DNA of 64,000 nucleotides from Eledone cirrhosa (lineage: Eukaryota), in NCBI GenBank assembly GCA_964016885.1, contig OZ024742.1:33170001-33234000 (forward strand), read 5' to 3'. The number at the start of each line of letters is the position of its first letter. The stretch's first letter is position 1. Below, piece after piece: positions 1-13,128 of this stretch. The translations under genes and the position numbers were made by a program. The notes beneath the pieces were generated by a model. The model was given only the letters and a program-made list of their open reading frames with translations. It was not told the DNA's origin and ran no database searches.

Positions 1-1810
1 TCACTGCCATGCAACATTGCTGTTCGTATGCAGGCATCATACAACCTGCCTTTCATTTTTAGGGAGAACCCTTTAGTGGCTAATAGTGGTATAAGCTCTC
101 TGAACTTTTTCCATCCAGTTCTGATTCTAGCTACTGTACTTTCAGAGCACCCTCCCCCACTGCTGATTTTGTCACCCAGGTAACGGAAGCTGTCCACTAT
201 TTCTATAGAACCCTCTGCGCAATTGAAAGAGCTAGTATTTTGTGGGCACTTGCTGCTACTTATTGCACCAGAGGACCGGCCACATGTAAAATCTATGTTC
301 TTAGTTAGCTTACCTGTGATCCCACTACATCTTTTATGCACCCATACTTTGCATTTGGGACATAAAATGGAGTTTCTACCTACGCCTTTCCTACACACTG
401 AGCATGGCCATTTCCCGGAAGGGACCGTCGCCTTATTTTCTTTCCTACAAACTAGAACTTTAGTCTTAGCCAGGTTAATTTTAAGGCCTTTTGATTCTAG
501 GCTGTGCTTCCATGTTTGGAATTTCTTCTCTAGCTCGGCCATTGATTCAGCTATGAGCATTAGATCATCTGCGTATAGGAGTTCCCATGTGCAGCCGGTC
601 TTGAACTCCACTGTTATAACCTGAAGGGCAATAATAAATAGTAGGGGGCTAAGAACAGAGCCCTGATGAACACCAACTTTTACACTAAACTCTTCACTAT
701 ATTCGTTGTTAATTCTAACCTTGCTGACTGTTTCTTTATACATGGCTTGTATAGCTCTCACAAGCCATTCGTCAACACCTAGTTTTCTAAGAGCCCACCA
801 GATAATGGAACGGGGGACTCTGTCGAAGGCTTTCTCCAAGTCAACAAAAGCTAAGTATAGGGGTTTACTTTTAGCTAGGTACTTCTCCTGTAGTTGTCGT
901 ACAATGAAAAGAGCGTCTGTGGTACTTTTGCCTGACACAAAACCGAACTGCATTTCATCTAGATCAATTCTCTCTCTGATTAGTTGCGCTATTACTTTTT
1001 CCGTGACCTTCATGACCTGGTCGATTAATTTAATGCCTCTATAGTTACTCCTATCTAGGGCATCTCCTTTACCCTTGTAACAGTTAATGATGATGCTGCT
1101 ACGCCAGTCCTTCGGAACAACCCCATTCTGTATGACTTGGTTTACTATCCGGGTGACCCACCGTTCCAGAGGCTTTCAGCATCTCAGCAACTATTTCCGA
1201 AGGCCCAGCCGCCTTACCCATCTTCATATCTTTGATTGCCTTACTTATTATACTACCCTCGACTAACACTGCCGGTCCCTCTATTGGGTCGATGTGGGGG
1301 AGACTGTCTTTCTCCCATTTATTCTCCTCATTTAGAAGCCTTTCGTAGTGACACTTCCAAGCTACCTTCTTATCAGCGTCAGTGATGGCAAGTACGCCAT
1401 CATCATTAAGTACACACTTCTCCCCGACAATATCACGGTTTTCCTTGACACATTGCCTAGCAATCCTGAACACCTCACGTTTTTGGTCCTCACGTTGTAG
1501 AACATGCTTGAACTTTCTTTCCTCTGCTTCCCTTCTTGCGAAGTACACTTGTCTCCTAGCTTCCCTCCTGGCCACTTGATAGTCTTCTCTACTTCCTCCA
1601 TCCCGCCATACTTTCCAAGCCTGCTTTTTGGCCTTAATTGACTCCTCCACCTTACTGTTCCACCACCATGTTACTCTCCTCCTACCTACAGGCCTGCTCC
1701 AGCCACAGACTTCGTCTGCCGCCGTCAGCAGGTTTGCTTTCAGTAATTCCCATTGTTCCTCTATATTATCTGACTCTAATTGCTCTTCCTTACTTGAAAG
1801 CATCAAGTAA
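1..1810 (-). mobile_element. RTE-clade non-LTR retrotransposon, 5'-truncated; linker plus RT, frameshift near 1160; runs off the window start
   Basis: ORF 1099-1806 has TWWWN and KAAGPSEI..EMLK. After a frameshift the minus strand reads VPKDWRSSIIINCYKGKGDALDRSNYRGIKL..QFGF..AFVDLEKAFDRVP..QGSVLSP..LYADDL, followed by a Cys/His cluster. Confidence 0.93.
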
Positions 1811-2359
1811 CATGCTTTGAAATTTATTTCTGTCTATATGTATACCTAAACTAAGAAATAGATAGCTGTTGTTTAGCTGTTAGTTGGCTCAAATTGAGCT
1901 CTTAGTTGGCTCATTTGACCTATGATCAAATGCATTCCAGCCATGACCATCTAGACTTTTAGAAGCATAGTGATTCTAGAAAAACACTATCCAATGTGTT
2001 CATTTTAAAGATGCAGCATGTAATTTGAAGGAGATTTGGATGATATTTCTAGCAGGTTGAGCAACCTATAGTAACTCAGAGTGGCCTAGATAGTAAGAAT
2101 GATACAGCCTCAGACTACATGCCTTACTGTATTTAATATCATCATTCTATGATTTGGGTTCAAATCTAACCAAGGCTGATATTGATTTGCCTTCCACGGG
2201 GGTTGATAAAATAAGTACTTGTAACATATGTAATGATGGTTGATTCAAATGATTATGTCATTCCATTGGACAAAACTTTGCCTTGTGTCTATTTCTAATA
2301 AAAATAATCAATTATATCTCTCTCTGTTTTACTCCTATTTTCCATGTTGGCATGGGTTA

Positions 2360-2470
2360 TACATACATACGGACAGACAAACATACATACATACGGACAG
2401 ACAAACATACATACATATGGACAGACAAACATACATACATACGGACAGACAAACATACATACATACATCG
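2360..2470. repeat. 24-bp tandem repeat (catacatacatacggacagacaaa) x4
   Basis: Direct tandem copies visible. Confidence 0.85.
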
Positions 2471-3378
2471 ATGCATACAAATACACTTGGGTAGAGGTGG
2501 TGTGAGCTTATCTCAGGAAGCAGAACCTCAGAGAGAAGACATAAAAATATGGATGTCAAAATGATGTCAATGATGATGGATAATTACTTAAAATTTTTGT
2601 TTTTGTGGCTAAGAGGAGAAAAGGCACTGACCATGACTTTTGTAGGATCACAAAGAATGGTGGCAAGAAATTGTTCTTAGATCAGGCACCTGATCTAAAT
2701 GTTTGCAATAGAGTGGGCTCCATTAAAGGCACCCAAACGTTAGGGAGTGTTAAACTGGGCAAATGGATTAAGTCTACCAGTCAATAACTAGTACAGATTA
2801 TCCAATGGGGTTTCACTCTCCATCAACCCAATTTCAATCATAAGACTTGGTAAAAGATACTTGCCTAAAGTGCCATAAACAATCACGTGATGTGAATCAA
2901 ACTTTTAAGCAGACATCCATGCACTCCCATTAACCTCAACATCACCATCTAATGTCCATTTTCCATGCTAGCATAGGTTAGACTAGTTGTCCTGTTGTGA
3001 AACAAGTCAGATTAGGTGACCATGCCTTGCTCATACAGAACTGTTTCTGGCCTGGTTTCTACAGCTGGATGCCCTTCCTAACAATCAACTAACAGGTTGT
3101 TGGACTGGGTTATTTTTCATTATGTCACATGTTGATAAAGAGAATATTTTTGTTTCCAATATATTACGACCCCACCACATTTTTTTTTTGCCTTTTGTTT
3201 TTTTTAATGGGTCCATATCATAGCAAGTTGTAGAATCATTAGGGTATTGGAATTAATACCTAACAGTATTTGGACTGGTTCACTGCACCCAGAATTCAAA
3301 TCCCTACAAGGTCAAATTTATCTTTCATCCTTTTGGGGGTCAATAAATAAACAACTAGGCGAGAGTGATGGTGTAGAA

Positions 3379-3590
3379 CAGAGGTTCTCACCCCCCTCCC
3401 ATCAGGGCCACATAATACCCTCAGCCCCCCCCCCCCCCCCCAACCCTATTTCCAGAGAGACCTACCTACACACAAATTGTAAATAATATATAATAAATAA
3501 AATCATTAATTTATATATAATAAATAATATAATATATACTATGTATAAAGAAAAATTATATATTCTTTATTTTACTATATTTATATATAA
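3379..3590 (-). mobile_element. Partial copy of the hAT-like MITE at 37753-38105
   Basis: Starts CAGAGGTTCTCA; body (ccctatttccagagagacctacctaca..aaattgtaaataat) is the reverse complement of ~37870-38105; interrupted by a SINE. Confidence 0.7.
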
Positions 3591-3591
3591 T

Positions 3592-3778
3592 TGTTTCTAC
3601 TTTTGGCACAAGGCCAGCAATTATCCCAGTGTATTACTGGTACTTTAATTTTACGGACCCCGTAAGGATGAAAAGCAAGGTTAACCTTGGCGGGATTTGA
3701 ACTCAGACCATAAAGGGCCGTAACTCTTTGCTGCAAATCATGGTGTCCGACCTTCTACCAATACTGCCAATCCACCAC
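3592..3778 (-). mobile_element. tRNA-derived SINE, family A
   Basis: Minus strand has A-box-like TGGCAGTATTGG, B-box GAGTTCAAATCC and the core TTTCATCCTTACGGGGTCCGTAAAAT; about 10 copies in the window. Confidence 0.85.
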
Positions 3779-3821
3779 ACTATATTTATATATAATATGT
3801 ATCATTTAATATTTATTATAT

Positions 3822-4335
3822 CCACCGCGGCCACCACCACCACAATGACCACGACGACCACCCTGACCACCCTGACCACCACTGCCACCACCACCACAAT
3901 GACCACGACGACCACCCTGACCACAACGACCACCACTGCCACCACCACCACAATGACCACGACGACCACCCTGACCACAACGACCACCACTGCCACCACC
4001 ACCACCACAATGACCACGACGACCACCCTGACCACAACGACCACCACTGCCACCACCACCACCACAATGACCACGACGACCACCCTGACCACAACGACCA
4101 CCACTGCCACCACCACCACCACCACAATGACCACGACGACCACCCTGACCACAACCACCGCCACTATGACCACCACCATCACAACGACCCCCCTCCCCTG
4201 ACCACAACCACCACCACCGTGACCTCCACCCCCAACCCCACCACCACCACCACTCTGACTACAACTACCGCCACCACCGCCACCGCCACCACCACCCCAA
4301 CCACCGCCACCATCACCACCACCATCACCACTACA
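3822..4335. repeat. ACC-rich minisatellite (unit about 51-57 bp, accacaatgaccacgacgaccaccctg...)
   Basis: Tandem units with a variable number of ACC triplets. Confidence 0.85.
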
Positions 4336-5151
4336 CCTGACCAACATCATCTCAGACACTTCACTGACATTTTTCTACTTTTCATTCAGCTGACACTTTA
4401 CCCTTCAATCTCACCTGTCCTCTACTGTCTCCTGTCTTTCTAAGGTAACTTCAGTTCCCCTTCCTCCTACCATCACTAACTGCCCCTCCCCCTAGTCGAT
4501 TCTTCTCAGATATTTTCAGCAGCTTCAACTCTGGCATTTCATCACCACCATCATCATCGTCATCACCATCATCACTGGCATCATCACCATCACCACCACC
4601 ATCACCATCATTATTGCAGTCATCACTGGCATCATCACCACCACCATCATCATCATCATCATCGCCATGCCTTCCTTGATTACCCTTCTTCTTCTTTCCA
4701 AGTAAACTCACCAACACACACATGTACATACATTCCATCCCACATATATACAAACACACACAAACACCCTCTCTCTCTCTCTCCCTTTCTCTCACACACT
4801 CTTAGACTCAGACATACATCCACAAACTCTCTCTCTCTTACACACACAGTGATGCTTAGACACAGACATATATACATACACACAAACACACACATACACA
4901 AAGTGATGCTCAGATACAGACATACACAATCTCGCAGACACAGACATATACACACATAGGCTCTCAGAAACAAATATATACATACAGACATACACATACA
5001 GACACACAAACTCTCAAAAACAGACACACATGTATTAACACATGCTAACATACACAGGTATACACACAAATTTGCAGAAATAGAAACACACACACACACA
5101 CATATACACTCATATACACTAACAGATACAAACATATAACAATTTCTCAGA

Positions 5152-5285
5152 AGTAGACACTCACATACACACACATTTACACGGAGTAGACACTCACATA
5201 CACACACATTTACACGGAGTAGACACTCACATACACACACATTTACACGGAGTAGACACTCACATACACACACATTTACACGGAG
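5152..5285. repeat. 33-bp tandem repeat x4 in a CA-rich tract
   Basis: agtagacactcacatacacacacatttacacgg repeated. Confidence 0.85.
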
Positions 5286-5641
5286 ACTCTCACACAGATA
5301 TATACACAAACTTTCAGAAATAGACACATGCACTAACAGACACAAACATACACATATATAATCGCTCAGAAATAGACACCCACACACACAAACACACATA
5401 TGATGACTGATCTCAGTTTCAAGTATTGCCACCACATGTTGCTCTGCCAAGGATTTACATTCCTTTCTGCAAATGCTGCAGTCATCAATGTTACATCCTC
5501 TTTATTTCTCTATTTTGTTTTGGTGAGTTTTCAAATTATGTTGGGGTCCACCGGCTGCAGCACAAAGAGACCATAATCAGCAACATATTATACAGGGCTT
5601 CTATGATAACTTCTAAGACCAGTATATATATATATATAATG

Positions 5642-5870
5642 GTTTCATATATAGGCACAAGGCCAGCAATCTTTTGTGTGTGTGTGGGGGGGGGGGGGGG
5701 GGTCGATGAAATTGACCCCAGTGCGTGACTGGTACTTTATTTTATCGACTCCATAAGGATGAAAGGCAAAGTTAACCTCGGCGGAATTTGAACAAAGATG
5801 ATAAAGGGCCGTAACTCTATGCGGCAAAGCATGGCGTCCGACCCTCTACCAATACTGCCAATCCACCGCC
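5642..5870 (-). mobile_element. tRNA-derived SINE, family A
   Basis: Same head and core as 3592-3778; ends atccaccgcc on + strand. Confidence 0.85.
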
Positions 5871-6098
5871 CAAGTATATATATATAATAAGAAGTTGACG
5901 GACCCAGCATAGGTCAATGCTAGGACTGGTTGCATCTCAGCGTACTCAATAGGTAATGTAAAATATATATGTATATATATAAATGTAATCTGAGTTTTTC
6001 GAATATTAATAATAACATTCGATTCATTTGCAATTATGCAAACAAGCCTCATTTTTAAAGCCATGTCAGTAGAATGAACCCTTCATTCTTGCTCTTGT

Positions 6099-6180
6099 GT
6101 TGGCATGTAAACAGAACTGCAGACACTAATGTTTCTGGGTATCACCCTTCATCAGTACAGCCCACTGTTCACCTGCCAAC
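6099..6180 (-). ncRNA. Type-I hammerhead ribozyme in a Penelope-like terminal-repeat remnant (element about 5886-6205)
   Basis: Minus strand: GTTGGCAGGTGAACAGtggg-CTGTA-CTGATGA-a-GGGT gat ACCC-a-GAAA-CAT ta GTG-TC^-TGCAG-ttCTGTTTACaTGCCAAC. Core, three helices and GUC triplet are present. Confidence 0.85.
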
Positions 6181-6204
6181 TGTCAGAGCTTGTGAAAATA
6201 TATG

Positions 6205-6498
<294 letters not shown>

Positions 6499-6679
6499 CA
6501 TATATATATATATATATATACTGAGACCTTTGGCACCATGCAGTTGTACAGCAGACCGGACTGCCATTGCATACAAACGTAGAGTCAGTAGGCACCTCTT
6601 AACCCAATGAACACCACACCCCATCCTCCTTTTCCCGTTCCGTCCACTGTGTCGATGACACAACAGTCCACATTGTAAG

Positions 6680-6885
6680 GTGGTCGTGTAGGAGACACAG
6701 TGAAAAGGCTCCCAGTCCACACTGTAAATGTGGTTGGTGTTAGGAAGGGCATCCAGCTGTAAAAAACCTGCCAGAGATGCTTCCGTGCGAGCGAGACACA
6801 GTCTCCCCACCATTTCCGCATCAAATAGAACAAAATTGTCTAACCCATGCTAGCGTGGAAAATGGACGTTAAACGATGATGATGA
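6680..6885 (+). mobile_element. SINE 3' portion with RTE-type tail
   Basis: ggttggtgttaggaagggcatccagctgta...ctaacccatgctagcgtggaaaatggacgttaaacgatgatg. Confidence 0.75.
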
Positions 6886-6890
6886 TATAT

Positions 6891-7155
6891 ATCATCATCA
6901 CATCATCATCACCGTTTACGTCCGTTCTTCCACGCTAGCATGGGTTAGACGGGTTGTCCTGTTGTGGGCAGTGTCTGGTCAGCTGACCATGCCTTGCTCA
7001 TACAGGAACTGATTTGGCTTGACTTCTACAGCTGGATGCCCTTCCTAACACCAACCTCATTTACAGTGAGTGCTGGGTGCTTTTTCGTGGCGCCTACACG
7101 TCCACTTTACAGTGTGGGCTGGGTGCTTTTTTGCCGTGGCGCCTCCACGACCACC
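6891..7155 (-). mobile_element. SINE 3' portion with RTE-type tail, tail-to-tail with the previous copy
   Basis: Reverse complement of the same body and tail; a close copy of the tail is at 30460-30585. Confidence 0.75.
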
Positions 7156-7204
7156 TTGCAGTGGGGGGAGTGGGGGCATATTGTCTATATGCTTCAGCTT
7201 GTAC

Positions 7205-8603
7205 CCATGGGAGGTCGGGTATTCTGTATTACTGCGTGATGCCAGAAGTCACGGTCGTGTGTCATTGCCTTTGAGAGGTGTAATTGGGTAAGGTCGGCTT
7301 TTATCACCTCATCCCAGGTCATCTTGGGTCTCCCCACTCCGCGGTTTCCATCAACTTCTAGTGCTCTGCACCTTTTTATGCAGCTGTCATCCTTCATACG
7401 CATCACATGTCCATACCAGCGCAACCGCCTCTCCTGCACACACCATTTGATTCCTCTTATGCTCAGTCTCTCTCTCAATTCATTTATGCTTTGTCGTTCC
7501 CGTATACTACTGTTACACATCCATCGGAGCATGCAGGCTTCGTTTCTCTCTAATCTACGTAAGTCTTCCACCTTCAGCGCCCAGGTCTCACTACCATGCA
7601 ACATTGCTGTTCGGATACACGCATCATACAGTCTGCCTTTCATTCTGAGGGAGAAGCCTTTTGCAGCTAGCAGTGGTAGTAGTTCCCTAAACTTCTTCCA
7701 TCCCGTTCTTACCCTAGTTATTGTACTTTCTGAACACCCACCTCCGCTGCTAATTCGGTCACCTAGGTAGCAGAAGCTGTCTACTGTTTCTACAGAGCCC
7801 TCCCAGAGATTGGTGGTACTTGTTTCCTGTGGCTGTTTGCTGCTTGCTGTCTCATCACAGCTGCTGCATATGAAGCCTACATTCTTAATTAAGCTTCCTG
7901 AGATCCCGCTACATCTCTTGTGTACCCATTGTTTGCATTTGGGGCAGAGAATGGAGTTCCTACCTACACCTTTCCTACATACTGAGCAAGGCCATTTCCC
8001 TGAGGGGATCTGGGTTCTGTTTTCTCGTCTACTTACAAGGACCTTAGTCTTTGTCATGTTGATTTTGAGACCCTTTCTTTCTAGTCCCTGCTTCCAAGTT
8101 TGGAATTTATTCTCTAGTTCTACCATAGATTCAGCTATGAGTGCGAGGTCATCAGCATACAGGAGTTCCCATGGGCATTTGGTCTTAAACTCCTCCGTTA
8201 TTGCCTGCAGGACTATGATGAACAGGAGGGGGCTAAGAACAGAGCCCTGGTGGACCCCAACCTGTACGCTAAATTCCTCGCTATACTCATTGCTAATCCT
8301 AACTTTGCTGACTGCTCCCCTATACATGGCTTGTACCGCTTTCACAAGCCATTCATCTACTCCTAGTTTTCTAAGAGCCCACCAGATTACAGCACGTGGA
8401 ACTCTGTCAAAGGCTTTCTCAAGGTCGACAAATGCCAAGTAGAGTGGCTTACTTTTAGCTCGGTACTTTTCCTGTAATTGCCTCACAAGGAAGAGGGCAT
8501 CAGTGGTGCCTCTTCCTGGTACAAACCCAAATTGCATCTCGTCTATTTCCACCCGGTCCCTAATCAACTGTGCTATAACTCTTTCTGTTACTTTCATGAC
8601 CAT
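7205..8603 (-). mobile_element. RTE-clade LINE, 5'-truncated, open RT-to-C-terminus frame (469 aa)
   Basis: QFGF, AFVDLEKAFDRVP, QGSVLSP, LYADDL, FCYLG, MLHGSETW, RLRWYGHV, R.VGRPKMTW; internal C4HC3-like cluster. Confidence 0.95.
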
Positions 8604-8815
8604 ATATATATAATATATAATCTGTTACTTTCATGACCATATATATATAATATAAATATATATAATATATATATGTATATAATATATACATATATAATAT
8701 ATACATATATATATATAATATATACATATATAATATATACATATATAATATATACATATATATATATATAATATATACATATATATATATATAATATATA
8801 TATATAATATATACA

Positions 8816-9150
8816 GGAGGCACATGGCTTAATGGTTAGAGCATTGGCCTTGCAATCGAAAGGTTGTGAGTTCAATTCTCAGACCGGGTGATGTGTTGTT
8901 TCCTTGAGCAAGACACTTTATTTCACATTGCTCCAGTTTACTCAGCTGTAGAAATGAGATGATAGGTCCCTATCATTCCACTGCAAAGTGGTCGTGCAGG
9001 TGCCACGGCAAAAAAGCACCCAGCACTCACTGTAAATGAGGTTGGTGTTAGGAAGGGCATCCAGCTGTAGAAATCAAGCAAGAATCAGTTCCCGTCCCAC
9101 CCTTGCAAGCAGGGAAAAGCAGACGTAAAATGAAATGATGATGATGATGA
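8816..9150 (+). mobile_element. tRNA-derived SINE, family B, full length, RTE tail
   Basis: GGAGGCACATGGCTTAATGGTTAG (A box), GAGTTCAATTCT (B box), ccttgagcaagacacttta core, 3' cccacccttgcaagcagggaaaagcagacgtaaaatg(atg)n; near-identical copies at 39348 and 62349. Confidence 0.9.
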
Positions 9151-9374
9151 TATATCTGTAAAGTGGTTGTGTAGGTGACAAGACAAAAAGCTGTCATCCC
9201 ACACTGTAAAGTGGTCCTGTAGGTGTCATGACAAAAAGCACCCAGTACACTCTGTTAAGAAGAGCATCCAGTCGTAGAAACCAAACCAAAATCAGTCCTG
9301 TATGAGCAAATCATGCTAACGTGGAAAATGGACGTTAAATGGTGATGATATATATATATATATATGTATATATA

Positions 9375-9983
9375 TAATATAAGATCAAAAGATGGTTAAA
9401 GGAGTTCCATGTATTTTATTATGCGCATTTCAAAAACAAACATCATCATGCGAGGAAAAAGTATTTTATAAAATACTTTTTCCTCGCACATATCCTCCTT
9501 TCGTTGATTTTCAAAAAATTTTTGGGGTTTATACATTATCTTCCAACGGTTTTCAACCTCTCTGTGTGGGACAGTATATCTCCTCTCAGTTATAAAAGCT
9601 ATCTCTTTCTCTCTATCACCCATCTCTCCCTCTCATCTCCTCCCCCTTTTTCATCCTTTCCACCCCCCCCCCCTCTCTAAATAAAATATTTTTCCCAATA
9701 TCACACATCAATCTAAAACCACTTTTCATATGTAGATTTAAAACTGCACTATCCACAAGTGTTTTTTAGCCTTCATATCATGTTCTCCTGTTTTATCTGA
9801 TGAAAACACAAATATTATTGCATGATGATGTTTGTTTTTGAAATGCGCATAATAAAATACATGGAACTCCTTTAACCATCTTTTGATCTTATATTATGCA
9901 TACTCCAGTCCTACAAACTGTAGAGTGCTTCTTATCCGATATCTGCATTGCTTTATTGTACTACAATAAAACTCACCTCCTAC
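9375..9983 (+). mobile_element. Penelope-like element 3' remnant with an inverted terminal arm
   Basis: Perfect inverted arms about 9375-9451 / 9820-9896; 40-bp junction palindrome 9449-9488; about 87-nt unpaired tail; hammerhead in the right arm; (TA)n flanks. Confidence 0.8.
9782..9867 (+). ncRNA. Type-I hammerhead ribozyme
   Basis: gttctcctgTTTTAT-CTGATGA(9797-9803)-helix II CAAATATTAT/ATGATGTTTG-GAAA(9840-9843)-palindromic ATGCGCAT-A^(9851)-ATAAAAtacatggaac. Confidence 0.8.
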
Positions 9984-10381
9984 ATATGTATATATATATA
10001 TATATATATCATCATCATCGTTTAACGTCCATTTTCCACACTAGCATATATATATATATATATATATTATGTGTTAGTATATATATATATATATATATGT
10101 GTTAGTATATATAAATATATGTATATATAGTGAGAGAGACTGTTAGACACACATACACTAACATACACTCAAACTCTCAGTGATAGAAACACACAAACAT
10201 ACACACTAACATACCTACACAAACACACATACAAGCACACACACAAGCACACACACACACAAGCACACATACACACACATACATTTGTCTCTTCTTCAGC
10301 CTTGCACTGCAATAATAATAATTCCAATTCCACAGACTGAATACACATCCTCCCACACATCTCCCAAAAATAGATTCTCTG

Positions 10382-11335
10382 TCACACACACACAACCACA
10401 CATGTGTACACACACATGTACACACACATAAACAACCACACATGTACACACACACATGTACACACACATAAACAACCACACATGTACACACACACACAAA
10501 CAACCACACATGTACACACACAAACAACCACACATGTACACACACACACAACCACACATGTACACACACACACACACAACCACACACGGACACACACACA
10601 TGTACACACACAAACAACCACACATGTACACACACACACAAACAACCACACATGTACACACACAAACAACCATACATGTACACACACAAACAATCACACA
10701 TGTACACACACACACAAACAACCACACATGTACACACACACATGTACACACACATAAACAACCACACATGTACACACACACACAAACAACCACACATGTA
10801 CACACACAAACAACCACACATGTACACACACACACAACCACACATGTACACACACACACACACACACAACCACACATGTACACACACACACACACAACCA
10901 CACACGGACACACACACATGTACACACACAAACAACCACACATGTACACACACACACAAACAACCACACATGTACACACACACACAAACAACCACACATG
11001 TACACACACACACACACACATAAACAACCATACATGTACACACACACACAAACAACCACACATGTACATGCACACACAAACAACCACACATGTACACACA
11101 CAAACAACCACACATGTACATGCACACACAAACAACCACACATGTACACACACAAACAACCACACATGTACATGCACACACAAACAACCACACATGTACA
11201 CACACAACCACATGTACACACACAACCACACATGTACACACACAAACAACCACACATGTACACACACACACAAACAACCACGCATGTACACACACACACA
11301 ACCACATGTACACACACATAACCACACACAAACAA
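10382..11335. repeat. CA-rich minisatellite (acacacaaacaaccacacatgt)n
   Basis: Many tandem units with variable CA number. Confidence 0.92.
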
Positions 11336-11428
11336 TGACATATACACACATACACACTGTCCCATTCCTTCTTTCCCTTCATCTCATTTCAGTCCATCTT
11401 TCTCTCAAATACTGTTTATATTCATCTA

Positions 11429-11434
<6 letters not shown>

Positions 11435-11491
<57 letters not shown>

Positions 11492-11938
11492 ATTACAACT
11501 TTGTTGGCTCATCTACACACACACACACACATTACAACTTTGTTGGCTCATCTACACACACACACACACATATTACAACTTTGTCGGCTCATCTACACAC
11601 ACACTCACACACACACACACACACATTACAACTTTGTCGGCTCATCTACACACACACACACACATTACAACTTTGTTGGCTCATCTACACACACACACAC
11701 ACATATTACAACTTTGTTGGCTCATCTACACACACATATTACAACTTTGTTGGCTCATCTACACACACACACACACATATTACAACTTTGTTGGCTCATC
11801 TACACATACACACACACACACACATATTACAACTTTGTTAGCTTATCTACACACACACACACACACATAACTTTGTCGGCTCATCTACACACACACACAC
11901 TCACACATATTACAACTTTGTTGGCCCTACACACACAC
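11435..11938. repeat. (CA)n plus minisatellite attacaactttgttggctcatctac(ac)n, about 10 copies
   Basis: Tandem units visible. Confidence 0.9.
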
Positions 11939-12654
11939 ATAAGTGGTTGAGTATTCCACAGAGACACATACCTGTAACATGATCCCCAAGCTGAATCAGC
12001 ATGACACATCATGTGACATGGCTAGATCTTTGAATTACAGGTACAATTGATCTGACAGGCTTCCACACAGTTTCAGTCTACCCAATTTCAATTAAAAGGC
12101 TTATGTTGACCCAAGGCTATAATAAAGACATTTGCCCAAGTTGCCAAGCAGTGGAATTGAACTCAGAACTTCTTAACCACACAACCAAACCCATCCACCT
12201 ACCTACCTCTCTAAGTACACTCGAGTGCCAAATAATAGGTGAGGGAGTGGGGGCGTTAGAATAAGCACGGGGCTGGCAAATCAGTAATTTTTCTTGGTTG
12301 TCTCTGTGGGTTTTTGTAAAAACCAGAATTAGTAGTTTAGTTTACATATGACGACCCCAACCCATCCTATTTATTTTATAACGTATGGGATTTCTAGTAA
12401 TGTACTTTTTTTGCCATGTATAATGTTTTTTAATATATAAGGAAAATTAATTGTGGCAAGAATGCAACCACTTAAAATAAGATTTCACCGGAGATAGATT
12501 AACCAAATTTAATAAACAGAGGTGTTCTTGGAAGAAAAACATCTGAAAAAGTAACAAGCGGGGTGGGGGTGGGGCGTTATTCGATACCTAAGAGTACCTA
12601 ACCTGCCCATTTCACAGTTGATAATTTGTTAAGGAAACACTTGGCAAAGAGGTT

Positions 12655-12870
12655 CTTAGCTGCCGAGAAACTGCATCCTTTAAAACCTCCACGATTCCTG
12701 AAATTCGCCAACACCTGATATTCCTCCTCCATACACATGCACGCATGTATATCATATCTCATACACTTTACTTTCCTGACATTTGTTCATTATTCTATGT
12801 TCTATATATGCACCTTTGATGAGTTGTAGTGCACCTGAGCACTGTACACAATAATTTCATTGTATTATTT
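12655..12870 (+). mobile_element. CR1-clade LINE 3' end
   Basis: Matches the reverse complement of 28068-28300; ends gcacctgagcactgtacacaataatttcatt. Confidence 0.7.
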
Positions 12871-13128
12871 TAGTGCAAAATCTGGGGGTGGGGATAGCAG
12901 GGATAATGTGAATAGAACTGAATGTATTGGTTGGGTTTGAGTAGGGAGGGGAGTTACATGACTAACTAGTTTGGAGGAGCAGAGGCCATAAGAATAGGCA
13001 GTGTGAGGATATAGTGCATCAGTGAGCCAGAGTTTGGAGAGTGTTGGTTAGTGAATGTTTGTCAATCAATCCGGTGAAGGTGTGCAGTGTAGTGGTTAGG
13101 GTTTTAGGCTTATTATTGTAACATTGCA

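Noticed and set aside
223-1044. Plus-strand ORFs over the RTE copies (also 7324-8442, 57700-59393, 62772-63503)
   Set aside because: Antisense shadows of retrotransposon coding frames.
3728-4795. Mucin-like poly-Thr, Gly-rich and Asp-rich ORFs
   Set aside because: Trinucleotide-derived repeats open in several frames, with no splice or domain support; the same applies to 42386-46206 and 61585-62017.
10177-11950. Cys/Val- and His/Thr-rich ORFs
   Set aside because: Translations of CA/GT minisatellites.
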